Below are positions 39,604 through 48,476 of a DNA stretch of 64,000 nt, in pieces. A program made the position numbers and the translations under genes. Numbering within the stretch: the stretch's first letter is position 1; the number at the start of each line of letters is the position of its first letter. The notes under the pieces were generated by a model. The model ran no database searches, had not been told where the DNA came from, and saw only the letters and a program-made list of their open reading frames with translations. The stretch comes from an uncultured virus (IMG/VR IMGVR_UViG_3300044732_003010) (lineage: Duplodnaviria; Heunggongvirae; Uroviricota; Caudoviricetes). Location of the stretch: positions 1 to 64,000 of the IMG/VR virus record IMGVR_UViG_3300044732_003010, one strand, 5' to 3'.

Positions 39604-40443
39604 TTATTTCTCCACAAAAGCCAAGCATCCAAAAATTTCTGGGGCAGTTGCCACTCCCGCTCGAAACATATAAGAAAGACAAGCATTCGGGTGGATCGCC
39701 GGGATGCCTGGCAACCCTGTCGTGTAATCGCGCCAACCCATCACCCCTGCCGAAGTCACAGGCTGCCAAGATATCGGCATCGCAAGGATGATGCCAAAAT
39801 TACCAGCCGTACCAGTGCTGGCTGATAAAGCAATTTTTTCGATTGCTCTGATTCCGGTATCCCCTAAAGCTAAAGGAATTCTTTGTGTGCGAGTCGCTTC
39901 TCGAAATCCAGTTCCTCCGATATTAATGGATGATACTCTTCCTGGTACACCTGCTTGATTGGTGTAGGTCATAGTCAAGTTGGCACTGGTTGTGCCAACT
40001 TGACTATAGATTTCGTAAAAAGCAATATTTCCAAGTCCATTCGTATTTCGCGTCAGAGCGGTAGAACCTTGAATCGGCTGATCCGTGGTTATTGCAGCGC
40101 TCAATCCTCCTATATGAAACAAGCGATCATACAGAAGATAAATTCCAGCAACAGTAGAGGTAATTCCAGCCTGAATTAAAAATTTTTCCTGCGAATTGCT
40201 AGGAGCAAGAAAAGGCATCGATCCAATCATCGATCGGACTGGAATTTCGGCAATTGTGGGAATAGCCCCACCACTCGGAAGGCCGTCGTATTGCCACAAA
40301 GAATGATCTCTCCCGGCGACTGGTACTGCGGCACTGGCTCCCCCGATTCGTGGAACTTTATGAAAAAAAAGATTATCGGGATTGCCATTGTTGCCCCCCG
40401 ATTGCCTATTAATTAAATCTGATAATCCACTTAAAGCGGCCAT
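39604..40443 (-). CDS. Putative virion protein, paralogue of 38804..39601
   Basis: YTNQAG, IPLALGDTGIR...LSASTGTAGNFG. Confidence 0.65.
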   Translation of the reverse strand: MAALSGLSDLINRQSGGNNGNPDNLFFHKVPRIGGASAAVPVAGRDHSLWQYDGLPSGGAIPTIAEIPVRSMIGSMPFLAPSNSQEKFLIQAGITSTVAGIYLLYDRLFHIGGLSAAITTDQPIQGSTALTRNTNGLGNIAFYEIYSQVGTTSANLTMTYTNQAGVPGRVSSINIGGTGFREATRTQRIPLALGDTGIRAIEKIALSASTGTAGNFGIILAMPISWQPVTSAGVMGWRDYTTGLPGIPAIHPNACLSYMFRAGVATAPEIFGCLAFVEK

Positions 40444-40646
40444 AATTCTCTCGCAGATACAAACGCGTGAACTTCGACTATAAAAGTTGATAAATTCAAG
40501 AAATTAACTGGACTGGCTACGATTAGCCTTGAATCTGGTAAAAATTGAGGCAAAATCTCAACACCTTCATCTTTATACCATTTGCAATGCCAGTCGCCCG
40601 CATCGGATTGAAAAGTGTAAGATTCTACTGTTTCTATGATTTTCAT
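40431..40646 (-). CDS. Hypothetical protein
   Basis: ATG at 40646 within the minus-strand operon. Confidence 0.5.
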   Translation of the reverse strand: MKIIETVESYTFQSDAGDWHCKWYKDEGVEILPQFLPDSRLIVASPVNFLNLSTFIVEVHAFVSARELWPL

Positions 40647-40668
40647 AATTTTTATCGAAGGGATTAAG

Positions 40669-40857
40669 TTAGGTGGAAATTTGAAAATACAGGGATCCGT
40701 CCGGATATCCATCGCTATTATTAGGAGCCGCAGTTCCGTAGGTAATAATTGGAATGGTTGGTTTCCCGGAAATATTAGCCCAAGTCATGTAATTTGATAC
40801 CCATCGGGATGTAGCAATGCTATCTAAGGTGTCAATTGGTCCGAGATACTCTTTCAT
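40669..40857 (-). CDS. Small tail-fibre-related protein
   Basis: TWANISGKP and ITYGTAAP...DGSLYFQ motifs common in fibre proteins. Confidence 0.55.
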   Translation of the reverse strand: MKEYLGPIDTLDSIATSRWVSNYMTWANISGKPTIPIITYGTAAPNNSDGYPDGSLYFQIST

Positions 40858-40860
40858 GCA

Positions 40861-41670
40861 CTAAGCTAATAATTTGGCTACAAAACCATTTACGGAGGGT
40901 ACTGCTGTAGAAGCAAAAGTTAAACGAATTGAAGTATTACTTAATCGTTCCGTAAAAACTCCTACAGTATCCCTATTACCGCTATTGCGAATTACTTCTA
41001 CGCTGGGATTAGTATCAGTCAAGGTGTGCGTGATCACAAACACCGTATTAGTGCCATCTCCAAAAGGATTAGTAGTTACTGATCGCCGCTTGCCAGACCA
41101 ACTGGCAAGCAAGGAAGGTGTGACATATTTGGCTGTGTCTGTTCCCGCTTCTAGTTCGGCTAAAGTAGCTCGCTGTACTTTTCCCGACGTGGTTTCACTT
41201 GCGTCAGGAACTCCGGCCCCATGAACTTGCCAGATTATAGGAGAAGTTCCCAAAGTCACGGATTGAGTAATCTGCCTGTAAGTCACTCCGTCATCAGTAT
41301 TTCCAGTACCAGAAGCTACGGTAACAATAGCGTTTCTCAGTTCGGCTCCTGTACTAGCGTCAGCAGTGCGGGTAGCCGGAACAGAAGCTCCGTTCCAATT
41401 GTATAACCCGTTCTCTGTATTATTAGTTTGATTTGCGGCAATAAAGCGAGAGTTGGCTAGAGTCATCGTGACCCCACCAATTACTGACCCAGGGGCATTT
41501 AAATTGATATTTGATGGGGCAGAAGCGAATACTGCATCTTTGTAGTCAAATCCTTCCAGGAGAGCATTTAAAGTGCCAAAATTGACCAAATCGCTAGGAT
41601 TTTCTGGGGCAACAGAAGCCCGAATTTTTCCTTTAAATTCAGTGTCAGACCAAAATTCGATGAATGTCAT
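40861..41670 (-). CDS. Tail-fibre-like protein
   Basis: NQTNNTENGLY..., DASETTSGKVQRATLAELEAGTD...VTP, GDG....ITH.L. Confidence 0.7.
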   Translation of the reverse strand: MTFIEFWSDTEFKGKIRASVAPENPSDLVNFGTLNALLEGFDYKDAVFASAPSNINLNAPGSVIGGVTMTLANSRFIAANQTNNTENGLYNWNGASVPATRTADASTGAELRNAIVTVASGTGNTDDGVTYRQITQSVTLGTSPIIWQVHGAGVPDASETTSGKVQRATLAELEAGTDTAKYVTPSLLASWSGKRRSVTTNPFGDGTNTVFVITHTLTDTNPSVEVIRNSGNRDTVGVFTERLSNTSIRLTFASTAVPSVNGFVAKLLA

Positions 41671-41675
41671 GATTT

Positions 41676-42122
41676 TTACCTCGATAAAATTGCATAACCA
41701 CTAAAGGGACTACTAAAAATAATTTGAGTAGTATTTAAAGAAAGGTTTTGTACAAAAGCTTCTATTTTTACTCCTCCTGAACTAAAAACTTGAGTTTGTG
41801 GCTCAAAGTTCAAGCTGTGAACGATTGTCCAGATTGCAGAAGGAGTAGCTTGGGTGTGCTTATAAAAAGCACTTCCTTCTCCCGGACTACCGGGAGAACC
41901 CCGAACATCAACAGCAGAGCTAATTGAAGAAACTAATCCAGATATTCCAATATACCCACCCGTTGCAGGGGGAGTGCCCGAACCTCCTATCCAATTAACT
42001 ACCTGAAAAACCCGGCGATTACCATCAGTAACTAGGGACAAAACAGGCGACCATCCAGCACCTCCAAGAGTAGCTGAAACAATTACTTGCCTAGAACTTC
42101 CAGTTATTTCAATTGGCATCAA
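41676..42122 (-). CDS. Tail-fibre-associated protein
   Basis: Short collagen-like GSPGSPG; HTQATPSAIWTIVHSL...P...SGYAIL. Confidence 0.65.
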   Translation of the reverse strand: MMPIEITGSSRQVIVSATLGGAGWSPVLSLVTDGNRRVFQVVNWIGGSGTPPATGGYIGISGLVSSISSAVDVRGSPGSPGEGSAFYKHTQATPSAIWTIVHSLNFEPQTQVFSSGGVKIEAFVQNLSLNTTQIIFSSPFSGYAILSR

Positions 42123-42598
42123 ACTTCCCCCCTAACGACTACGGGAATTAAATCTAGTCCTAAAGGTTCAACAACGAGCCGATTAGCAATAGTTTTAGAT
42201 GCCTCTAAGTCAGCTTGCCAGTAATCTCTTCCTGCTTTTGGTTGTGCAATTTCCTTAAAAGCAATAGGAGTAACTTCCATTCCATCCGTAACGTTGCTGT
42301 CAACGATTAGACGAAAATAAGTATAATCTTGATATTCAATTGGATTTTCTCCATCTTCATTAGAAGGTAAAATAAAATCCCCAAACTGCAATTCATCAAC
42401 TCGCCCAACTGCCATGCGATCTTCTCCAAATTGCTTTGCTACATAAAAATTAATGTTCCATGTAGTAAAATCTCCCTGAATAAAAAACTCCTCATCCCAA
42501 GTCGATCCCTTTTTAATCTCAACAACAATTTCACTGGCAATCGTAGGATACGATTGCCCTTTAAGAAAATAGTTACCAGTAAGGACTTTTTGAGCCAT
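42119..42598 (-). CDS. Putative virion/baseplate protein
   Basis: IKKGSTW...DFT.W.I; first gene of the minus-strand structural block; ATG at 42598. Confidence 0.5.
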   Translation of the reverse strand: MAQKVLTGNYFLKGQSYPTIASEIVVEIKKGSTWDEEFFIQGDFTTWNINFYVAKQFGEDRMAVGRVDELQFGDFILPSNEDGENPIEYQDYTYFRLIVDSNVTDGMEVTPIAFKEIAQPKAGRDYWQADLEASKTIANRLVVEPLGLDLIPVVVRGEV

Positions 42599-42849
42599 CG
42601 ATGAGGTGCGTACTGTTTCTTGTATTATATCTTGAATTTTGTTTTTTGAGATATAATAAAAAGTAATCATATTTATACCTTATACTACTGCGCTTTTTAT
42701 ACCACCCGGGAGCGCGGTTATTTTTTGTCTTGACAATTCTATTAAGACTATGAGAAAATTTTTTTAAAGATTGACTTGGATTACCGCCCTACGAGGGAGC
42801 GGTATTTTTTTATCTATCCGTATTACATATACTACAAATACTACAGAGC

Positions 42850-43530
42850 GATTGTTAGATTGTAAATAGATTGTAGATAAGGTTATCTACAATCGAAAGC
42901 TTTACAGGGTATAGGTTTTAGACTTTGTAGATATTGTCGATGCCTTATAGAGGAAAAGAGAGAAAAGAAGATATACAGCAAAGTCAGCAATAAAAGTGAT
43001 TAAACGCAAAACTGACTCTATTGACAAAATGCTGTATTTTTGGCTAATTAGAGGATTTTAGAGGCGAGAAGTGCTTTATCTCTAATTTGTTCTTTTTGTG
43101 ATTGATTGTAGATAAGGTTATCTACAATCAAAATCCTTACCCCGACTAGGTTTTAGGCTTTGTAGATATTGTTGATGCTCTATAGAGAAAAAAAAAGATA
43201 AAGAAAACAAACAAGGTCAGCAATAAAAAAACAGACTCAACAGTAAAACAAAAAAAATACACACGGGGTAATTATTAACAATATCTACAAAGAAGTACAG
43301 AAATAATGAAAGCTATATATATCAATACTTTTACCCTTTTTATCTTTGTTAATAAGGGTATTTACAACCTATTTACAAACTAACAATCTAATTAATCGAG
43401 GTCAGCAATAAAAACATAAAAAATCCTGACACGGGAATAAGGCTAACAATATAAACAAAGTCTGAAATCTATATATATCAAGGGTTTTATTGTTAATAAG
43501 AGTATCTACAATCTATCAACAATCTAACAA
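42850..43530. repeat. Cluster of four ~100-bp iterated palindromic modules (putative replication origin)
   Basis: GATTGTAGATAA-GG-TTATCTACAATC at 42869-42894 and 43104-43129, two reverse-oriented degenerate copies at ~43261-43530, GTCAGCAATAAA three times. Confidence 0.7.
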
Positions 43531-43578
43531 CCAGCCAATCTCTGAACATTACCCACTAATCTCCGAGCATTAGACAAC

Positions 43579-43607
43579 AAAAAACCCCTGTAGTCTCTAC
43601 AGGGGTT
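43579..43607 (-). terminator. Intrinsic terminator
   Basis: AACCCCTGTAG-TCT-CTACAGGGGTT with an A-run on the left; downstream of 43691..44215. Confidence 0.7.
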
Positions 43608-43690
43608 AGCTTTATCAGTTATGTACCAGTTATGGTGTCAATTTCTATTTTTTATTTTAGCAGTAAACAACCTTGTTTACTGATTTTCCC

Positions 43691-44215
43691 CTAATATCCC
43701 CCCATTAACTCGATTTGTTCCTCTAGAGTAGAGTTCTCGCTCTCAAGCTTTTTAATTCGGTCTTTTAAGCCGAGGATTTCATCGATATAGTCAACTTCTC
43801 GATAATCCAATTCGTCGATTTTGGCAGTCAATTCAGCGACTTGGCTCTCAAGTTGCTTGTTAGTCTCAATTGCCTCACTTTTGACCTGAAAACCGGCTAA
43901 GGTGTGAAGGAATAAGCGAACGCCCAACTGCATTACTTTTAGGGCTAGTTCGTGATTGTCTTTAATTAGCCACTGGCAGATTAAATTTTCTGGGATCAAT
44001 GCAACGGTTCGTAACCCACTTGCTGTCTCGATTTGAGCCTGTTCAAGACCCTTTTCACGCAAACCACTCATGGTCAAACGGCGAGAAATAGTCGAAGGTA
44101 TTTTCCCCGACATCCGGGCATATCCACTAATTGAGGCAAAGCTCTCACCGGTCTCGGTATTAATAATTAATTCAATACCATCGTGATCAAAACGCTGTAA
44201 ACTAGAATTAGTCAT
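43691..44215 (-). CDS. Antirepressor/KilA-N-like DNA-binding protein with coiled coil
   Basis: LQRFDHDGIELIINTETGESFASISGYARMSG; paralogue of 56531..57235. Confidence 0.55.
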   Translation of the reverse strand: MTNSSLQRFDHDGIELIINTETGESFASISGYARMSGKIPSTISRRLTMSGLREKGLEQAQIETASGLRTVALIPENLICQWLIKDNHELALKVMQLGVRLFLHTLAGFQVKSEAIETNKQLESQVAELTAKIDELDYREVDYIDEILGLKDRIKKLESENSTLEEQIELMGGY

Positions 44216-44292
44216 GATTTACTCTGTAGTAGTAATTGTGATGAGTCCCCCGTTAACGCGGGGGCATACCAATATTATACCGTATTTAAAAT

Positions 44293-44532
44293 ATGCCTGA
44301 CAAATTTGACGGGTGTGGTGGGTATTCAGCAAAAATTGACCGATTACCGGGTATTCCTCCTGATTTCAAGTCGAATGTCGTCAAACCACCACAATCTAGG
44401 GTTATTGTTTTACTGAAAACCAGAGAGATCAGAGAAATCTCCGATGATCAGCTAGAGTCTTTCCTTGAGGAAAACCAAGATTTAATTCAAGATCGACAAT
44501 CACCCAGAAAAAGACCGATTAGAAAACTTTAA
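44293..44532 (+). CDS. Hypothetical protein
   Basis: 79 aa, upstream of the PadR gene. Confidence 0.5.
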   Translation: MPDKFDGCGGYSAKIDRLPGIPPDFKSNVVKPPQSRVIVLLKTREIREISDDQLESFLEENQDLIQDRQSPRKRPIRKL

Positions 44533-44536
44533 AGCA

Positions 44537-44830
44537 ATGACAAACAAAGAAATCCTTGTTTTGCAGACTCTTTACAATAAAGAATTGTCGGGATTACAGA
44601 TAATTGAATCTATAGCCAATACTAAAGGTAGAAGCCTTGATATTGGCTCGTTTTACCCTGTATTTCAGAAATTAGAGGAAAAAGGACTCATTAAATCTCG
44701 ATGGGGAACCGAGCGATCTAACGATAGAGCCGGTGCTAGAAAAAGATACTATCGACTTACCCAATCAGGAGAAAAATCCCTTGCTGATATTCAAGGATTT
44801 GATAATTCTCTTAATTGGAATTTTACTTAA
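44537..44830 (+). CDS. PadR-family transcriptional regulator
   Basis: GSFYPVFQKLEEKGLIKSRW...RKRYYRLTQSG. Confidence 0.9.
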   Translation: MTNKEILVLQTLYNKELSGLQIIESIANTKGRSLDIGSFYPVFQKLEEKGLIKSRWGTERSNDRAGARKRYYRLTQSGEKSLADIQGFDNSLNWNFT

Positions 44831-44834
44831 TTAA

Positions 44835-44907
44835 TGTGGGGTCTAGGAGTCGAACCTAGTGTTTTAGGCTTATGAGGCCTATGTGGAAACCATTTCACTC
44901 ACCCCGC
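44835..44907 (-). tRNA. tRNA with CAT anticodon (Met or Ile2)
   Basis: GCGGGGT/ACCCCAC acceptor (one mismatch), TAGGC-CTCATAA-GCCTA anticodon arm, CTAGG-TTCGACT-CCTAG T arm; TTGACA promoter upstream; CCA not encoded. Confidence 0.85.
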
Positions 44908-44939
44908 TTTTATAAGCTAACATATCAAAAAACAAAATG

Positions 44940-45608
44940 TCAAGTGTATTGTACTGATAAGTTTACTGTTTTTTGTTCCTGGCTTAGACCAGCCAAATAA
45001 CCAACTATTTGGTTATTAAAGATTTGACTATTTCTAACTACAATACAGCCCGCGCTTCCAGGTACATTAGCGTCTCGATGTAATCCAATTTCTGATCGAG
45101 AAAACCCTGATCCTTTGTAAGGATCAGGCGTAATATGAAAAAACATCCCCTCAACACCTTTTGTATCTAACCAATACCCCCTAGTATTGATTTGCCAATG
45201 ATGTCCTTCTGGTATTTGTCCCTTGCCTACAATTTTTTCGGCACCTCGGTATTGATACCCAATTGCGCCACTGGTAGCCACTACTTCAATTGCGATATCA
45301 TCTCCTCGATAAAATTGCAAAATTCCTTCAATCAACCTAGGAGATCGACCTACAGGAAACTTAAAAACGGCTGTCACGGGTAAGGTGTTAGGTAAATCAG
45401 ATAAATCCCAATGTGGCTTAAATACCCACCAATCACCAGCGCCGTAGCTAAGTTTTACTTGAATGTGTAATCCATATTCAAGTAAAACTTTATCTACAGA
45501 ATAATTTCGATTTTTTTCTACAAAAATCAACTCATCTTTTTTCAAATCAGACACTTGCTCTGGAGTTTTTTTCAGATAAGTGTTAAATATTGCTGTAATT
45601 TGCTTCAT
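44940..45608 (-). CDS. Peptidoglycan-active protein with a YkuD/Tlde1(DUF2778)-like domain
   Basis: ATSG...IPEG...RSEIGLHRDANVPGSAGCI (H..S.GC); N-terminal module like that of the GH19 endolysin. Confidence 0.7.
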   Translation of the reverse strand: MKQITAIFNTYLKKTPEQVSDLKKDELIFVEKNRNYSVDKVLLEYGLHIQVKLSYGAGDWWVFKPHWDLSDLPNTLPVTAVFKFPVGRSPRLIEGILQFYRGDDIAIEVVATSGAIGYQYRGAEKIVGKGQIPEGHHWQINTRGYWLDTKGVEGMFFHITPDPYKGSGFSRSEIGLHRDANVPGSAGCIVVRNSQIFNNQIVGYLAGLSQEQKTVNLSVQYT

Positions 45609-45643
45609 TTATCCTAGCTCGCATTTTCCTTAATTCTAGCTTT

Positions 45644-45847
45644 TCAATCAATCCGATAGACAATTTCATTGGGCTGTATCTCGTACCTATCACAGATTGC
45701 CTGCAAAACTGTGATAGACGGCAAGTGATCAGGATTTTGGGATAGCTTGTATCCCGTGGACATCGCAATCCCTGTTTGCTGAACGAATTTATAGATTGTG
45801 ATGCCTCTAGATTCTGTAAATTCTTTGACTCTGTTTTTTAGTACCAT
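45644..45847 (-). CDS. XRE/Cro-family HTH regulator
   Basis: RGITIYKFVQQTGIAMSTGYKL...PSITVLQAICD. Confidence 0.85.
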   Translation of the reverse strand: MVLKNRVKEFTESRGITIYKFVQQTGIAMSTGYKLSQNPDHLPSITVLQAICDRYEIQPNEIVYRID

Positions 45848-46008
45848 TGTATTAGTTTTGTGTCTCTATAATTTATTATAACTTTTTTGGGAATATGCTT
45901 GACAATATTACTGCCTTTACGGTAATATACAGATATAGAGAAAAGCGACCACCGCCAATTCCACTTAGTGTGATCGCCTTTCCGTCAACCCTTATCAGGT
46001 CAAAAGCC

Positions 46009-46446
46009 ATGTTAGCATCCAATTCTCTTTCTGTCAAATCTAATTGCGTCCCCGTTATGTCTGGCAATTTCACTATGATTGCCAGAGGTCAAAAGCACCA
46101 GGTTTCTCTTAAAGTGTGGGGAGAAGGACAGATTACCACTCTCCGAGTTATTTGTCAGCAAACTGGTAAAGAATGGTTTTTCGATACCTTTAATGGCAAG
46201 TTAAGCCGTGGTTTCAGTCCTGACGGAAAACTCCCCAACTGCGAATTACCTGAGATTAAATTTCAACCCGTCAAAAAAGCTTTTGTTATTTCCCCTACGA
46301 TGGGATTCGTGGATTGTGGCGGACGCTACCATGAAATTCCTAGTAACGAACCTACAGACGATTTTATTGATGATGATACCGAGCCGTCGGATTTAAGTCG
46401 GTACAGCAAACCAATGACCGATCCGACGACATGGCAAGAGTTTTAA
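46009..46446 (+). CDS. Hypothetical protein divergent from the XRE gene
   Basis: ATG at 46009; TTGACA at 45899 with an overlapping ATATTAC...GTAATAT inverted repeat. Confidence 0.55.
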   Translation: MLASNSLSVKSNCVPVMSGNFTMIARGQKHQVSLKVWGEGQITTLRVICQQTGKEWFFDTFNGKLSRGFSPDGKLPNCELPEIKFQPVKKAFVISPTMGFVDCGGRYHEIPSNEPTDDFIDDDTEPSDLSRYSKPMTDPTTWQEF

Positions 46447-46500
46447 TTAGTTATCAGTTATCAGTTATCAGTAAACAGCAACCTATTAAGAGTAAAAACC

Positions 46501-46883
46501 ATGACTATTATCAACGCTACCCCCACAACATCACCATATTAAACAAAGCTGGCATCACCCAAGATGAAAAAAAACAGTTTCTGGGAAACAAAGAGGCGAT
46601 TGTGGTTCTCAAGGAAATCCCAGCATCCGGGATTCTCCCGCGGGTCAAAATGTCCAACGAACCCGCAGAACCCATTGACGGTATCCCAGTAGAAACCGTT
46701 ATCTACGGGGAGATCGAGGGACTCCCTAAGTATCAGGAGGAGGTGTACTATATTGTCTCAGGATTAGTGGCAGCGGCAGCCGCTAAGATAGGGCGCACAG
46801 ACTGCCTTGCCCCTGGTGCAATCGTCCGGGATGAGTCTAATCCCTCGAACGTTCTAGGGTGCTTGTTCTTACAAAAGCCCTAG
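46501..46883 (+). pseudogene. Conserved phage protein (MTIINATPHNITI type) with a 1-nt frameshift in a C5 run
   Basis: ATG at 46501 gives MTIINATP; HNITILN...IPASG...DGIPV..YGEIEGLP...YYIVS continues in another frame. Confidence 0.6.
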
Positions 46884-46946
46884 CCGATCCGAAACGGGAA
46901 CCTTTCCCGTATGCCTAGCGGCTCAATTCTAGGCACTGATGAGGAT
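46882..46946 (+). ncRNA. Hammerhead ribozyme, type II
   Basis: ATCC-GAAA-CGGGAA(CCT)TTCCCG-TA-TGCCTAG(CGGCTCAATT)CTAGGCA-CTGATGA-GGAT: full core, three stems, AGCCG/CGGCT pseudoknot. Confidence 0.9.
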
Positions 46947-47008
46947 AGAAGGAGTTACGGCTATCCTAAAATGGGAGGTGCAATTCCTCCCTCTACAAAT
47001 CGATATAT

Positions 47009-47287
47009 TTGAACATGAACATGAACGAGGAATCCAGAAAAATACTAGGAACAATTGCAAGGCTAGAGAACGCATCGTATCTTTTGATTGCTATCTTAAT
47101 CGGAATGGTAGTGTTTGGAGTAGGTCAAACACTACACAAAGCTAATCACTACCTTGCATCACAAGGACACGAAAACCCAAAAGTACTATTGCTTCCATCT
47201 TGGAGGTGTGGAACATTTACCGAATTGAATTTCCATCAGAACGACGGAAATAGAGGATATTTGTGTGCAAAACAGATAAGGAGGTAG
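47009..47287 (+). CDS. Small membrane protein
   Basis: Hydrophobic YLLIAILIGMVVFGV. Confidence 0.5.
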   Translation: MNMNMNEESRKILGTIARLENASYLLIAILIGMVVFGVGQTLHKANHYLASQGHENPKVLLLPSWRCGTFTELNFHQNDGNRGYLCAKQIRR

Positions 47288-47402
47288 GTTGTCCAATCAG
47301 TACTCAACGAAGTGAAACCTAATAAGATGATGCTGTAGCAAATGCAGATTGGCGCATAGAAGATTAAGGTTATCAGTAAACAAATTATTTAGGAGTAAAA
47401 CA

Positions 47403-47870
47403 ATGACAATGATGGATATAGGACAATTCCCTAAGATTGACTCAGAGCCACAAGAGTTCAAGTTAAACTGGTACGAAACAAAGTTAATTTATCCTTTTAA
47501 ATACTCAGAAGGAGTTCATTATTTTATTCAAAAGGATCAAGAATGGATAATCGACGAAATTGCTAAATGGGTAAAGGAAAGAGAACATTGCAAAGAAGAT
47601 TTTCCTTTAATTATTGACTGGAAACTAAAAATAAGTTCAAATTCAGATCATTTTGCTACACTAACCTGCGAAAATCGCCAAAATGCCGACTTTAAGTTTG
47701 CCTTTTTTGCATTTTTCCCAAATACTGATATTGAGTTATTCTACGATGGTAATCCCATAGACGAAGTTAACTTTTGTTTGTTTAATATAGCCGATTCTTC
47801 TAAAACGGAATTAATGCTTGAAGAAGAATGGATGTATTTACGTAGTATTACATCAAGACTATTTACTTAG
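47403..47870 (+). CDS. DUF6876-like hypothetical protein
   Basis: YSEGVHY...WIIDEIA...WKL...ATLTCEN...TD; AGGAG RBS before 47403. Confidence 0.55.
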   Translation: MTMMDIGQFPKIDSEPQEFKLNWYETKLIYPFKYSEGVHYFIQKDQEWIIDEIAKWVKEREHCKEDFPLIIDWKLKISSNSDHFATLTCENRQNADFKFAFFAFFPNTDIELFYDGNPIDEVNFCLFNIADSSKTELMLEEEWMYLRSITSRLFT

Positions 47871-47920
47871 TTTCGATCAGCTATTAGTTATCAGTCAACA
47901 ATCATCAACCAAACAAAAAA

Positions 47921-48472
47921 ATGAAACCTCTGTATAAATTAGGCAAATATCACAATCTAAAACGTCTAAACAAGATAGTAGAATTGAGCAGTTCTACTAC
48001 CTTTTCTGCGAGAGCAAAACACAATTGGGTTAACAATCCTTTTTCAGAGTTGTTTGATCCTTATTCTCTATGGTGGACATTGGGGGTGGAATGGCACGTT
48101 GACGACATTGATAAAGATAAAAAATATTCAATTATTTTAGTTGTTCAGAGTGACAACTACGAACTCTACTCTTCTACAGTAAACAATGATACTTTAGAAA
48201 AACTCTTGAAAGATTATACTCCCTTTAAAAGTATGGATGATCAAATAAACTCTTTATTAGTCCAAAGAAAAGATACTCAAAAATTAGTCTTAAAAGCGGG
48301 AGATATTTTGCTGCTGGACATATCCTGCTACCATAAGCTGGAAAACACAAAAAAAACAGAAGACCCCTTTATGTTTATTACCTTAGATATTGACCTTATT
48401 CCAAGAGTCAAGGAAGCGGTCAAGGTTGTCAATTATTTTGTTCACGATTTTTTTGTAATCAATGAGGAGTAA
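47921..48472 (+). CDS. Cupin / 2OG-Fe(II) oxygenase-like protein
   Basis: WHVD...LKAGDILLLD...YH, an HxD...H metal triad pattern. Confidence 0.6.
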   Translation: MKPLYKLGKYHNLKRLNKIVELSSSTTFSARAKHNWVNNPFSELFDPYSLWWTLGVEWHVDDIDKDKKYSIILVVQSDNYELYSSTVNNDTLEKLLKDYTPFKSMDDQINSLLVQRKDTQKLVLKAGDILLLDISCYHKLENTKKTEDPFMFITLDIDLIPRVKEAVKVVNYFVHDFFVINEE

Positions 48473-48476
48473 AGCA

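Noticed and set aside
42700..42812. Two similar ACC...GCGGT hairpins with T tails, read as an sRNA pair
   Set aside because: Consistent with ordinary tandem terminators; no further support
46431..46500. ORF-track N-terminus MARVLISYQLSVIS
   Set aside because: Translation of TTATCAG repeats; the real start appears to be ATG 46501 with a frameshift
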